A stretch of 64,000 nt of DNA, taken from contig OZ365110.1 in assembly GCA_977030845.1 (NCBI GenBank), positions 31,124,001 through 31,188,000 of the forward strand. The letters are read 5' to 3'. Below are positions 27,358-40,600 of the stretch, piece by piece. This DNA comes from Fimbriosthenelais zetlandica. Lineage: Eukaryota. The position numbers and the translations under genes are program-made. Below the pieces are notes generated by a model. That model was given only the letters and a program-made list of their open reading frames with translations. It did no database searches and was not told where the DNA came from. The first letter of the stretch is position 1, and every line of letters starts with the position of its first letter.

Positions 27358-28754
27358 CTGTTTGGGAGAAAAGGAACATAAAGCCCAAATGAAACACCAT
27401 GGTATACTGTGAAAAGCCACCCCCAAGACACCTTCGCCTTTGGTCAGGGTTAAGGATGACTCCTTGAAAACACTATCTACATGGAACACACGCCTTCACT
27501 TGTTTTTTTACAACCAAACCTCTACAACCGAGGACTCTAAAGTATTTTTTCTCGACACACTGAAGTTCAGAGATGTTCACAATAGGACTTTTAGTTCAAA
27601 AAGGCATCAACTACTAGTGATTATTTTTATTGTACTGGGCGAAAGGGATATTATTCTGTCTGTATAGAAGAAAATATAGCTCATTGGATGAACATTAAAT
27701 ACAAGTAAAATTTGTTAAAATTATGATTAAAAGTAATGTTATTGCAAATAATAGATTTTATGCATCGGATATATGGAACATGCAGGTAGAAATATAGAAC
27801 ACAGATCATGCAGAGACACATCAAGAAATTAGACTTTGCAGCAAACACGGTGCCTGAATTAGGTTGAATTAAGGGCAATTTGATATAAAAAGGGCGAGAA
27901 CTGATTGTACTAAAGTTGAGAATTCTTAGTCTTAGTTTAGGTTTGTGAAAGATTGGAAGAATGCAGTGCAGACTAAAGCATGAATTTGTGGAGACCAATA
28001 TGGACACATAAATGAGCAGCACTACGGTTAGTGTCATATTCCTGTTTATATTTTCCAGCTATTCTTGGTCATAATGCAAAAGATTATAATAATAAAATTA
28101 AATCTCGTCATTAGTTATTAAAATGTCTGCCTTTTTATATAAAATTCTATAAGGATGATTATATATATGACGTTGAAAACCCAATTTTCTGTCCACGGAA
28201 TTTTCGTGATTTTTTTTTCTAATTAAAGTCATAATTTGATTTGAAAAGTACAGGAACGTTCAGTGAAAAAGAAGACACAACAAGAGCTAGTGTTTTCACA
28301 CAGACTTATGGGTGAATCTATGAGGCAGTATAGCCTTAGGTTAACTAAGCTTGACTTGTGGTTTTACTTTAGTGTTGACTTCTTTTCATTGTTTTGTTAA
28401 GGAATTTTATACTTTTGCTTCACAATTGCTTGTGGTTTCATTGCCTCCTAATCTTATGACCTTTATTCAGTCATTTGGATTAGAGTGATTCTATGCATTT
28501 TGTCCGAGACCGAGAAATAGTTTTTGCCAAGTCGAAAGTCGAGACCAATCTCATTGTTCTTGCAATACTAATGTGATAATAGCGTAGGTATAGTGTATAT
28601 CCCAAGTGAGGGAAGCAGAAAAGAAGCCATCACCAATAAAACAGGATAGAGATATGAGATTTGAGATAGAGCTAGAGCACACACTATATGTAAACGGAGG
28701 CTCAGTAGACCTCAGACTTAATACTATGAAGATGATTATGATTAAGTTGCTCAC

Positions 28755-28943
28755 TAGTGCCTGAAGCTGCTGAGAGGAAATCATTGGAAGCTGCACTCAT
28801 GCCCATACTAAGTGAAGAGGCTGGGTAGCCATTGACAGCCGCCGTGGAGCCGTAACTGCTGCTGCCGTTGCTACTGTGGGGGGTGGACCCGTTCGAGCCA
28901 TACCCTCGGGGTGACACACTGGAACTCTGGCCACGATTGTAAC
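28755..28943 (-). CDS. coe: COE/EBF coding exon, Ser/Gly-rich activation region: GYNRGQSSSVSPRGYGSNGSTPHSSNGSSSYGSTAAVNGYPASSLSMGMSAASNDFLSAASGT
   Basis: SSSVSPRGY resembles vertebrate SSSVSPHGY, and NGY is conserved. Acceptor GTTTATAG, donor GTGAGC, 189 bp, phase 1 to 1. Confidence 0.88.
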
Positions 28944-31098
28944 CTATAAACAGGGGGCCAAGTGAGACACAGTGGTCAGATCTTAGCTATATGATGTAAG
29001 GAGATGATCTTCAATTGTTAGTATTAGAGCAATCATGCCAGAATCTTTGAATATTGTGAGTGAAATCATTCAATTTGGACTCTATATCAGGACGGTTCAG
29101 AGCGTTTGTCAGAATTGTACTTACATTTGAATCTTTAAGAGCTAAACTTAATTTCGGATAATGTAACATAATATGGAGAATCTGGGTATTTACCAGAATA
29201 CCCACATTATTTCACAGAATTATAGGGCTCAGGAACCATGTCAATTAATTCTTAAATCTAAGAGTGTAGTGTTCATTATTCATAGACTTCTGGCTTGTGC
29301 ATATGTCAATTAGAAAAAGCCAGGTCTCTATGGCGTTTGGCTTAATTTGGGTATACAACAGATTACTTTCCTTTACTGCATTTTGAGTTAATTTGCTTTG
29401 GGCAGAATATGTCAGTGGAATCACCCCTTGGGACAAGTTGGCACACTTTGAATACTAAGGTTTCTATAGATATTTGTTTTCGCGTGAAAATATCACGGAG
29501 TGGTGCTGGAATCTTAAAGGTTCTTTAGGCCTACTTTTCCCAGTGCCTAACTGGGTATCTAGAGACGCAGAGGACACTAAATAAACCTTACTGCAGTCGT
29601 ATTTTAAAACGGAATGTTCTCTTTCCAGTGAAAAGCATTTTTTCCAAGATGACAAATGCCTCTACTTAGGCTATGACGAAGCAGAAGAGGATCATTCTCA
29701 TGAGATATTCGTCTCTTGTATGGCCGTGGCAAGCAATACTAAATCTACAAAGCAGAAGGGCTGAAGCATTTGCTATCTACGCAAGATTGAATGTCCTGTA
29801 ACAATCAGTCTCTATTAGAAAACACACATATTATAGATAAGGGGCCAGGATAGAGTGAATAAAAGATAGATATCATAAATATATTTCAGTCGATATATAA
29901 GCTGTAATTTTATTTTAATCGTAATAGGTCAGGGGGGTTGAAACTATAGAAACTCAAATGGTATTTCAAAGGACATTTGAAAGTTGCACTCCCGGGATAT
30001 CTGACTAGAGCATGTTGGGTTATCAATTTCGAGCAACTCGATGAAAACCCATAATGTAGACCAATTGATTGTAATAATCATTTTGATATGATTATTGAGA
30101 TCTATTCATATACCCAAATTAAGATGAACGCCATTTACACGGGCCTGTATGCAGAAAACTCACATCCGTTAATGGAGAAATTGCAAGATGATATTTTGGT
30201 TCATGTTATTTGATTTCTTTATATCACACTTGTATAGTTTTACCCTGTTTTATCCTTAATATCATTGTTGAGTTATTATACATAATTTCTCCAAATGAGA
30301 AGTGAGTGTACAGCATGCAGGCTCGTGCGTTTGGACCCGTGAAATATACATCAAACATTCATTAAGTGTTTACATTATTCTCTCACATTTATTACATTAA
30401 TAAAACATCATTCATTCACTCCAAGGGTTAATAAACATCATTCTTCCCAATCTACAAAAAGAAAACATTTTCCTCCTCGTCTCCTTGACAACTCGTACAC
30501 ATTACATCATATACAGTCATTTTGATGATAATAATTATTAGTTAATAATGATAATAATTGTTATATCATATATATAATTATAGCAATTTGGCATTTTTAT
30601 ATAAGAAACCCACATAGAATATAAAAACAGGGAATGTCAAATAGCCATTCCTAATGGAGGTAAGTCTTTTCTCTTTATACTTCCAGTCCAGTTTCAAACA
30701 CATTATTCATGCAGTTTGTGTGGAAGTAAATAGAAGTTAGTTAATAATGGCAAAAGCACATGGCATCAGAGAGAGCCAGTCCTCCGTCAGTCTATATTAC
30801 AGTTTGACATCTCTATAAGTATATTATAGGTCCCATGGATCCATTTTATAAGTCCGTATCCATGTTAATATACAAATGAAGGCCTCAATCTTTATCCTCT
30901 TCCATGGTACAAGATTAAAGTCAATAATAATGGCCTTTTAAGATATATAATGTATTTATAATGATTAAAATTTGATACGCATATGTATCAGACTTAGAGT
31001 GGGCGAAGGTGAATCTATGGCGCAGTGCTTTGGTTTGCTTTTGCTTTAATGTGTTTTTGTGTTTTAGAAGGTGAAGGTTGGATAACGATGAGACCAAC

Positions 31099-31279
31099 CT
31101 TCTTCCCACTGACCATTCGCCGTATCCTGCACACTGACTGCCAGCTGACCGGTGTAGGAGTTGAAACCTGTGTTGTTCATCGCTGGTGACCGGGGTGCGG
31201 GAAGAGACAATTGGTTGGGATTCCTTGGCATACTGTACAATGCCTCGGCTAGATCTGCTGCCCTTTTTAAGATGATCTC
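31099..31279 (-). CDS. coe: COE/EBF coding exon, HLH helix 2 and start of tail: [60 protein letters not shown]
   Basis: Signature [17 protein letters not shown] and GQLAV.V. Acceptor TTTTTGCAG, weak donor GTTGGT, 181 bp, phase 0 to 1 and in frame with the next exon. Confidence 0.93.
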
Positions 31280-32790
31280 CTGCAAAAATAAAAATAGAAT
31301 ATTAAATTTTACAGATAATGTTAGTGTAACATGTTATAAACAAAACCATGCATGCAGAATCATAAAAAGTAGTTTTTATGCAAAACGTGCCACAAAATAT
31401 TACCAGTCCTAAATATCTCCTATTATCGCCCAGTAAGAATCTCTTCCGAAATACTTCAGTAATTTTCAGTAACCGAGTAGTAAACTGGTGCGTATATATA
31501 CCTTAAAGCCTTCATTTCCAACAATAAATCTCATGAGAGTTTGGGGATGGGTGGCTTTAGGGGGAAAGGATGGCGCTAGTTATCCCCATGAGACGTGTAC
31601 ATAACTTCTCCTTCCTTTCGCCCCCTTAGAAACCAAAACTACCTCGACCTTCCCTCCCTTGTTTAATTCCACCCCTAGTCATGACACAAACCCTTTCGTG
31701 TTGCTATTATTAATGGCGGGGACTTCACATCGGATCAACAGTTCCTGTGGGACCATTACCGGGCAATGATTTCATATAAAGAACTCGGGGTATCCGCGCC
31801 CCCGACCATCCACTAATACACGCCTAATATTACAAAGGGAAAAAATCAGCTTCAGGCGACGCTTAGCTTTTCTTTGAGGAAAGGTTCATTCCATCCCACA
31901 AAACAATCTGATAGCCATTTACCCATCATATTAATACAAATTCTAATATTACAATTACATCCCCGACTTTGATAAATGCATTTGAGATACTTCTTTTTGT
32001 TTCGTAATGATGCACGGGAAGAGAGAATAGTTGATGGTCTTCTTTAAGAAAGTAAAAGCTGTTTTTGATAAACTATCTTTCATTCCCCCATAAAGTAGGC
32101 ATGAAACATGCCTCGGGGTGCTTTACGGTGCGTTCGATAACTCACTCTTGTTTGTTATCCCTTCATTAGATCATGTTATTACGAAGAGTGGAAAAAAGGC
32201 CTGCGGTTGCTGGAACAGCTCCGCTCTCATCAGGAGAAGGAGTGGTACTAATATGACAGCTCATTTTCCCTCGCTCCCCGCACCATATCGACATTTGTCA
32301 GAATTGTCGTCTGCTACCTTTTTAGTCTCAAAGACAGAGGGAAAGATGATTATGTTCATCAAAGGGATGGAGTTGGCTTTGATGTGAAACATGTAGTGAC
32401 ATAATCACTGGCTGATATCAGTGGCTGTCCAGTCTGCGGGAGACGCATGTAATGAAGACGGAGCATGCGCGTCGTTTAATGTAAGAATGATGTCGACGAG
32501 GATCGGCCATCATGAGCGTCCGTCACTAGCCAGCGCTGGAGCATGGCACCAACATTAGGCCTTCTCCATGGCCTTTTAACAGATTCGGAATGGACCCAAC
32601 CATTTTTCCCTTTCCAATCCCTAAAATATTTCCCTCTCATCATTCTCTCTATAATTATTTTTCGCCCACTCCTTTGTTGTATGAAGTTTTCATTTACACT
32701 CTTACGATTATCGTCTTGAATAAAATTACAAATTGGAATATCCAAAGATAAAATAAAATAAAATTGAGAATAGAATGTCTTTGTTCTTAC

Positions 32791-32879
32791 CTTGGGTAAC
32801 CTTTCGGGATCGCCTGGATGTCTGGGTACAAGTTTCATTAACCTCTGGAAGCCGTAATCTATCGTTGGTTCCGTCAAGG
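32791..32879 (-). CDS. coe: COE/EBF coding exon, HLH helix 1 and loop: [30 protein letters not shown]
   Basis: Signature [24 protein letters not shown]. Acceptor TTTTGCAG, donor GTAAGA, 89 bp, phase 1 to 0. Confidence 0.97.
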
Positions 32880-32967
32880 CTGCAAAAACAGGAAGTTAAC
32901 ATTGAGAGGGGCATATTTACATAGACAATTGGCAAGAGAGAAGCTTGTAAAGTATGGCTTCACTTAA

Positions 32968-33154
32968 GGGCTGGTTGCACTAAACATACTTCTTATCTCT
33001 GGGAAATCGGTTTGTCCCACATGATAATTATTGTTCTAATCATTTTATTTCAGATGCACCGATTTTATCTTCCAATGCAGAAGAGTTATCACGAGGATTT
33101 GGGGTCCAATAACGGACCATCGTTTAGGAACATCTGTTTAGTGCATCCTGCCCC
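32968..33154. mobile_element. Non-autonomous MITE, PIF/Harbinger-like, about 187 bp, in a coe intron
   Basis: Imperfect TIRs of about 28-30 bp (GGGCTGGTTGCACTAAACA vs reverse complement GGGGCAGGATGCACTAAACA; perfect core TGCACTAAACA). TAA at 32965-32967 and 33155-33157. Internal inverted AAATCGGT/ACCGATTT at 33004 and 33058. Confidence 0.65.
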
Positions 33155-33351
33155 TAAGGGAAGATCTAGGAGGGAACACTGATAAGCCAGGCATCTAGAA
33201 GGGAGCTGGAGGCTTGAGCGACTATAGCCGGACAGAAAAAAACCGGTTCCGCTTTGGCTCCACCTTCCAGGAAGCTACAACGGAAGGCTAAATTGAATCG
33301 GAATAGAAATTGAGGAAACAAAAAGTCAAATTAAAACCAGCGCCCACCATG

Positions 33352-33361
33352 TCCCAGGGGA
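33352..33361. promoter_or_regulatory. Perfect COE/EBF binding consensus TCCCNNGGGA (TCCCAGGGGA)
   Basis: Exact consensus match in a coe intron. Function not shown. Confidence 0.35.
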
Positions 33362-33796
33362 ACACCAAGAGAGGAGAATATCTCGTGTTGGTATTTGTTA
33401 ACGACGCTGTGAAACACGAATACAACCAATATTTCCTTTCAATAATTAATGAAGCTTATTAATCACTTGGCAAAATGTCTTTGAGTTTCTAGCAATTGAA
33501 AATTCATTTTGGCAAATCCTTGAGAATCATGCTAAGAAATAATTATGGGAAATTGATAGGGATATGACGGCCATGTTCACGTGTAGTTTAAGTTTTATGG
33601 ATTGATGAGTGTCATTTGTTAGTGAACATTTAACAAAAGATTATAAATAAATATAATTATTATTACAAAGCATTCATTTAAGAGCTTGAACAATTCAATT
33701 TGCGATACCAAAATTAATGTAGAATAACAAATAAAAGTATTAGGTTAACAGCTGTGATTATAGGATTAATCATTAAAACCCACAAAAGAATGTTCA

Positions 33797-34126
<330 letters not shown>

Positions 34127-34299
34127 CTAAAATATAAACTTATCAGCTGGGCAAAATAGAGAAAAAAGAGAAAAATATAAACTGCAAATCAAGTTACAAT
34201 GCCTAAGCTCGGAGCGCATTAATATCGGAGCGGGCGGGGTAATGTACGATCATTACCGCGCATCGTGGACTTGCTCTTTTTAATGTAATTTGCTGCCTT

Positions 34300-34309
34300 T
34301 CCCGGGGGA
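34300..34309. promoter_or_regulatory. Perfect COE/EBF binding consensus (TCCCGGGGGA)
   Basis: Exact consensus match within a CpG-enriched intronic patch at about 34200-34450. Confidence 0.35.
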
Positions 34310-37176
34310 GCCTCAAGCTTTGTTCCCTACGATAAATATCATTTGATGTATGTGCATTTTTCCAGTGACTAGTGGTGGTATGCAGGCTGATCATACAAAG
34401 TTTGTAGGCGAGTTATACTCGGCGCAAGGATATTTGGCAGGGGCAAATATAACAGTAGATCCCCAACACACTAACACCAAGGAATAGTATAATAACATCT
34501 CTCGGTTATTTTCACGTCATTTCGCTTTCAAATCCAAATATAAATAAAGAGTCACATCTTCTAGGGTTTTAATTAATTTGGAATTGATATTGATATATTG
34601 ATAAGTGATGGAGAGTGAGGAAGCACATTATATGAGGAATTATAAGCCATCCCTGTACAGTATCCCTGCGCCGGGTGTCGCTACATGGTTGGGGGATGGT
34701 TGGGATGGAGTGTTACTGTATATGGTGTTAGTAAACGAGGCAAATCCCATGGTGCCTGTCCTAGATACAACTGCACTGCTCTACCCCGGCCGGCTAGTCC
34801 ACCACCCACCTCCCGCCCATTCTCTCAGCCTCTAACCAGAGGCAGACAAGACCTGCTGTTTCTGGCTTCCTAGATCCCAAAGCAATGGTTTAAGCTCATA
34901 TTGATATGCATTTATTTATAGACAAGAGAAACTGATTCAGGGGAAATATTATGACTTATAAAATAATACATTTGGGACACATTAAGCTACCAATTCAGAG
35001 ATATATTATTATTAACCCCATTTATCATTTTCATGAAGCGCAACTGGACAAAATAATGTTTCTTTTTGTATGGAAAGAAAATTTAGAAGTGCAGAGGGCA
35101 TTATAAATGAATGAACTAATTTTGTGGACATAATCCAGGAAATCCTGACCCGTGCCATATACAAAAGTGACCTGCGAGTGAATTTCCTGGGACATTTCAG
35201 ACTCCGGAGGCAGCAGCAACCATCTCGTAGGAGGAGAAAAAGTTCACTGGGGAATTTATGCCTTGGGAACTGGAGGAGTTGTCTTAAAAAGCAGGCCAGG
35301 TCTGGTATAGGAGAGGTAGTGGCGGCCAGTATAGAGGGCCTAATATAGAGCGCCTGATAGGAGTGTTTATTGTTGCAGCCAGGTCGGGTAGCCATGCACC
35401 CAGCATTAGTTGCCGGATACAAGGCGGGCAATAACACTTCTACAGCAGGCATTTGGCTGATGCAAACCAAGCCCTGGCCGTTTCACCAATAGTTAGTATC
35501 TCATACTAACACTTCAACATTAGTTCAAACTGACCACGGCCTATCATTCCTACAGGGAAAACCTCATAGAATCTTTTAAATTCCTTATGAGGGATCAGAT
35601 AAATCTATTCATTAATGATATCATAGATCTTAATTTAATTAATTTAAAAAAGCCTTTCATTTAACACAGTGGGGTAGTTACAATTGTGGCTAGATATTGT
35701 TAGTGAGACGAGACCGTTGGTACTCTTATAGACTTGTATCTGGACCCGTTCAATTACAGGCTTTAGACCTAATGCTGGGGACTGGGGGAGGATGGGTCGG
35801 TAGTGGTCAGTGGGAGGGGGAGGTGGGCATCTTATTGTACATTAACGTATCACCTGGATGAACACAATTACCAGACCCCTGATCACCGGTTGAGTTAGGA
35901 CGGGATCAAGGGAAGGATTGGTTGTCAGGAAACAGCAGTACAATACACTAAAATACAAGTAATTCAAATGTATTAAAGTCGCTTCAACTGATTCAATGGT
36001 TTCAGAATTCAGCTCAATATTCCAACTATAATTATGTATACATGCCATTGTACAACCAAAGCTTAAAGCATTTTTGCCTGTAAATATTCCATCTTTCCAT
36101 GTCCTTCTAATGCAAACAGATGAGTGTAGTATATGGAAATGGTACATTGATCCAGGCATATATCATCATACTTCACCCTACATAAACCCGGATACAACCC
36201 ACCACACATAAAGACCATAATGAGAATACTCTATCTCTATATATATGACGTCCCTCCTCCTTTAGATTTCCATGGCAGCCCACATCCATCCCCTTCCAGG
36301 ATCTTAGATGACCGTGGCATGGGAGGATTCCCCAGGAGGAGTCACCTCCTCCTGCCACTCCAGACCATCTTTTTCCAGTGGGAGTGAACCTATCCATTAG
36401 TCAGGTACACGCGGGTCACTAAGACATAGGATAGCTGTCGGGGAACCACTCATCTTATCAAGTAGCGCTGGGTAGGTTTTATGCGGTCAGGAAGCAAGTG
36501 AAGTTATCGATACTGATTGATACAATAACGTTAACCTTTCCTTGCACATGCAGGTGGGGGAGGGAGATGGCGAGAGAAGGGGTTATGGTCGAGCACATGT
36601 GGTCTGCTGAGAGCGAGGCCATCCCGCCACGTGACCTGAAAACGAAGGCGAGGCTGGAGTGGTGGTTGCAGCAAACGCACACCAGATGGCGAGGCCAAAT
36701 GTCACGTTGAAACCTCGGGAGGTGCGAGAGTTGGGGTGTCAGGGCGCGATGGTGCCATTATGAACACTACCAACACTATGGCTTTTTAGATACTTTATCT
36801 TTCTTTCAAATCAATCAATGTTGCAGCTTTATTATCATCCTCAGCCATTTTGAATATTGTTATCTTTCAAAGAGAAGCTTCCAAAAGGCCACGTTTGTGC
36901 ATCAATGGTGGAATAGTTCTCATAATAGAGAGATGAGAATGAATCAGATCTAGCCCGAATCTACAGGATGTCACTTTGTTCAGGCCAGGCAAACAGGGGG
37001 TGTAAACTAACAGTTGGATGAGTCCACAATAGAGGTGTGCTTACACGGGCTATGAATCGTGCCCGGGGAACGTTTGATATCCGATCCAAATCTGGTCTCA
37101 CTTGATATCATGGACCATACTAAGCAGCCATAGACAACCCGAGAAACCTTTCAATATGACCGAAACTGATTACTCA

Positions 37177-37605
<429 letters not shown>

Positions 37606-40600
37606 TCAGGTATAGACAAAATTATGCTACATTTTTACATGAAGAATGTATAAATAGGGTAACTGTATCATTTTAAAAGAATTGTTTTGAGTAAAGTGTT
37701 ATCAGTAATATAAAATTATGAATATAATAAAGAAGAAAAGGTAAGAAGAAGTAGTGAAAACTTTGATTAGCAAAAGCATCGCCTGTCTTAAGGCTTCAGA
37801 AACAGGCAGAAACAAACTAGAGCATTATTTAAACATGCTTTTATAGTGTCATGAAAGCATCAGAGCATATTAGCTTAACATGCAATTTGAAAATCGATAA
37901 TCTGAGCTGAAGGATGATAACATTTCATTTGGATGAAGCGGATTCACTTTGGCGATCGTGCGGCCAAGAAAAAATCAATATACAAGACTGGGTGATGGGA
38001 AAAGGGGATGATTCCCACCAATGGTAACCATATCTGAGCGTTCTGCTGGTCTGACAGAGTGAGGAGTTGGATGGCTGAGTGTTAGGAACAAATTCTCTTA
38101 GAGAGAGAAAAGCAGTAAATGCTGAGAGGGTGAGCTCATTTAAATACTGTTAGCAGGCTGCTATCTGGTGACGGGCCCTCGTATTTGCCTCCAAATGGGT
38201 TCACTTCAGCAGGAATATTTGATCATGGCGATGGGATTTAGTTTCATGAGAGTGCCTTGCTCTGTTGATCCAGCAAGTATCCCCCTTCCAGCTCCTAACA
38301 CCGCTTATTCAATAAGCTCATGCGCCTCCATGAAACTATTTGCTGCATGCAACACTGCTTTCGGTAGAGGCCAGTCCTGGTATTCACACAGCACGTTTGC
38401 TTAATCACGCCATGTTGGAAATGATCACGGCAATGGATTATATCGAGACATTCAAAGCTTTGCGCTAAATAAATATATCAGGAAATCCAAGATAAGTCAT
38501 CAACGGTTCTTGGTTGGGGAGATGGGAGATGAGAAAAAGGACCTGTGACTGTCTTTATTCTGTTCAGAATTAAGAGCAAATGAAGGTGGAGCTTGGCAGG
38601 AGATGACTAGAGGCTTTTGCTCAGCCTGAGGAGGAAAGCACCCCCATTATCGCCCAGGAAGAGTGGTGCATTGTCGGGTGAGCCTAATGAAACATTAGCG
38701 ATTCGCCCAACACCGGACCTGTAATGTCCTGTAAAGTCGAGAGAGGGAATTAATACAGGGGATTACTGGTAATCTTAACCTGTGACTCAACCAGGTAATA
38801 ACAAGTTCACACAAAAGAACTTCTCCCCGGACTGATTAGGTTCTCAAGTTACAGTTTCCATCAGCAAGACAGACTCGAAATGCTGCAGTGTTGGTGTGTG
38901 GTGGGGAAGAAACTATGGTAAGCCGAGAAAGGCTCAACAATGTCTTCCTTCAGGTCTTTGTCAGATAGTGATATATAGGAGGTTTATTTTCCTCGTGAAA
39001 TATTTAGTTAATATTTAGTTATATTGTTTTAGCTATGTCAAGAAATCATGAAAATACCTGAGGATTATTAAATATATTATTTCAGGAGGCCAAAAAAGGA
39101 CCATCAGAATCAAACTGGATTAAACACTGGCATGTTGATGAAAAACTCCCAATGGAAGATTGTATTTAGGTCAAGATATGTTGCTTGACAGTGGAGCTTG
39201 GGGCTAGTGTAATCACCACTTGGCAGGGATCTGTTGGATTGTGGGGAATGATGACTGCTAACCAAGTGTGATCATTGATAGTCGGTCAAGTACTGCCGGC
39301 CTATTTGCATTGCTGTCTCCAGCTACTTGGCATCCACTACTGCAAGTCCTTGTGTGGAGTTTGTGAGGTGGTCTGGAGCAGCTCGCTATCTCCTTTCTGC
39401 TCACCATGATGGCCCCTGATCACCCTCCACTAGAGAGCAGCACCGTCGTTCTCAGGGGACCCTCAGCCTGGCTCAACCAGAATTTGACACCTGCACTTTT
39501 TCTCCACGACACCGGACGTTGGGAAGGCTGTTGACGGTGTCGCAGGCATTTTGTGGCGTGGGGAGATAATGCAGTGGGCGAGTTGAGAGTGCCAAGGAAG
39601 GGGACTGGCGTGTTTACAGAGACCTGCGGGCGTGAGGTCAGGATGACAGAAAGTCCAGTGTCACCGTGTATATCTGTCATAAGAACTTAAGGTGGCAGTC
39701 GTCTGGATGGTAGCAATACTGGACAACATCTTGGCACATGATGAGAATACATCACCAGAAATACAGACTGTCAATATCAGAGAACATCATGTAGAAAGAT
39801 ACTTGGACGTTTCCATTTCAAAATACATTTTATCATTTTAACACTTTTACTTATTTTTGCCAAGGAACGTCGGTAATATTAATATTAAAGGTTGTTCTTT
39901 TGAATCCTTGCAGGTAGGGATAGTAGAGTTCAGAACATTTCACATTGCACTCATGTTACTTCAGGATACATATCCATCAACGTTCGCCAAGACCCCAGGT
40001 GTTGCTGAAACCATTATGGGGGTCAGAAAATTACACGCCACCAGCCTCTATGAGGTGAGACCAATATGGAATCATTCTAATCTTGACGAGTCCATAAAAT
40101 GTGTGATATAGAGACCCTTGTTAAAGATTCAGGAGAGGCAACAAGCCTTGGCCCAAAGTAAAACTGGGCCTCTGGTCAGGGAAGCCATTACAAGGGGAAG
40201 CCCAACAGTAGTGGATGCTGCCCAAGTATGTGGATCCAACAACGGGCTGGCCCGGCTGGCATGGGTCTAATTCCCATTAGAGGTAAACAGATCCGAGGGG
40301 CCACCTGGGTAAGGGTAATGTGTAAAGCCAGCACCAAAAGCCTGCTGAAACGTCCTTAAAACAGCCCAGAGGACATGGAAATAAGGTCTCACCAGACATT
40401 CTCATGCTTAGAGACATTGATAAAACAGGGTCACATGCAAGAAGACTAGCATTCTTTTATGAGAGTAGGCTAGCTTTTATTGGAATATCCAAACGAATAC
40501 TAGGTCAATTGCTTCTTATCAGCTTATGTTATGAAAATATCTTCTTCGGCAGGCCTAATGATCGCTATCTCGTGATCATTTTGTTTCGAGTCAGTGTTTG

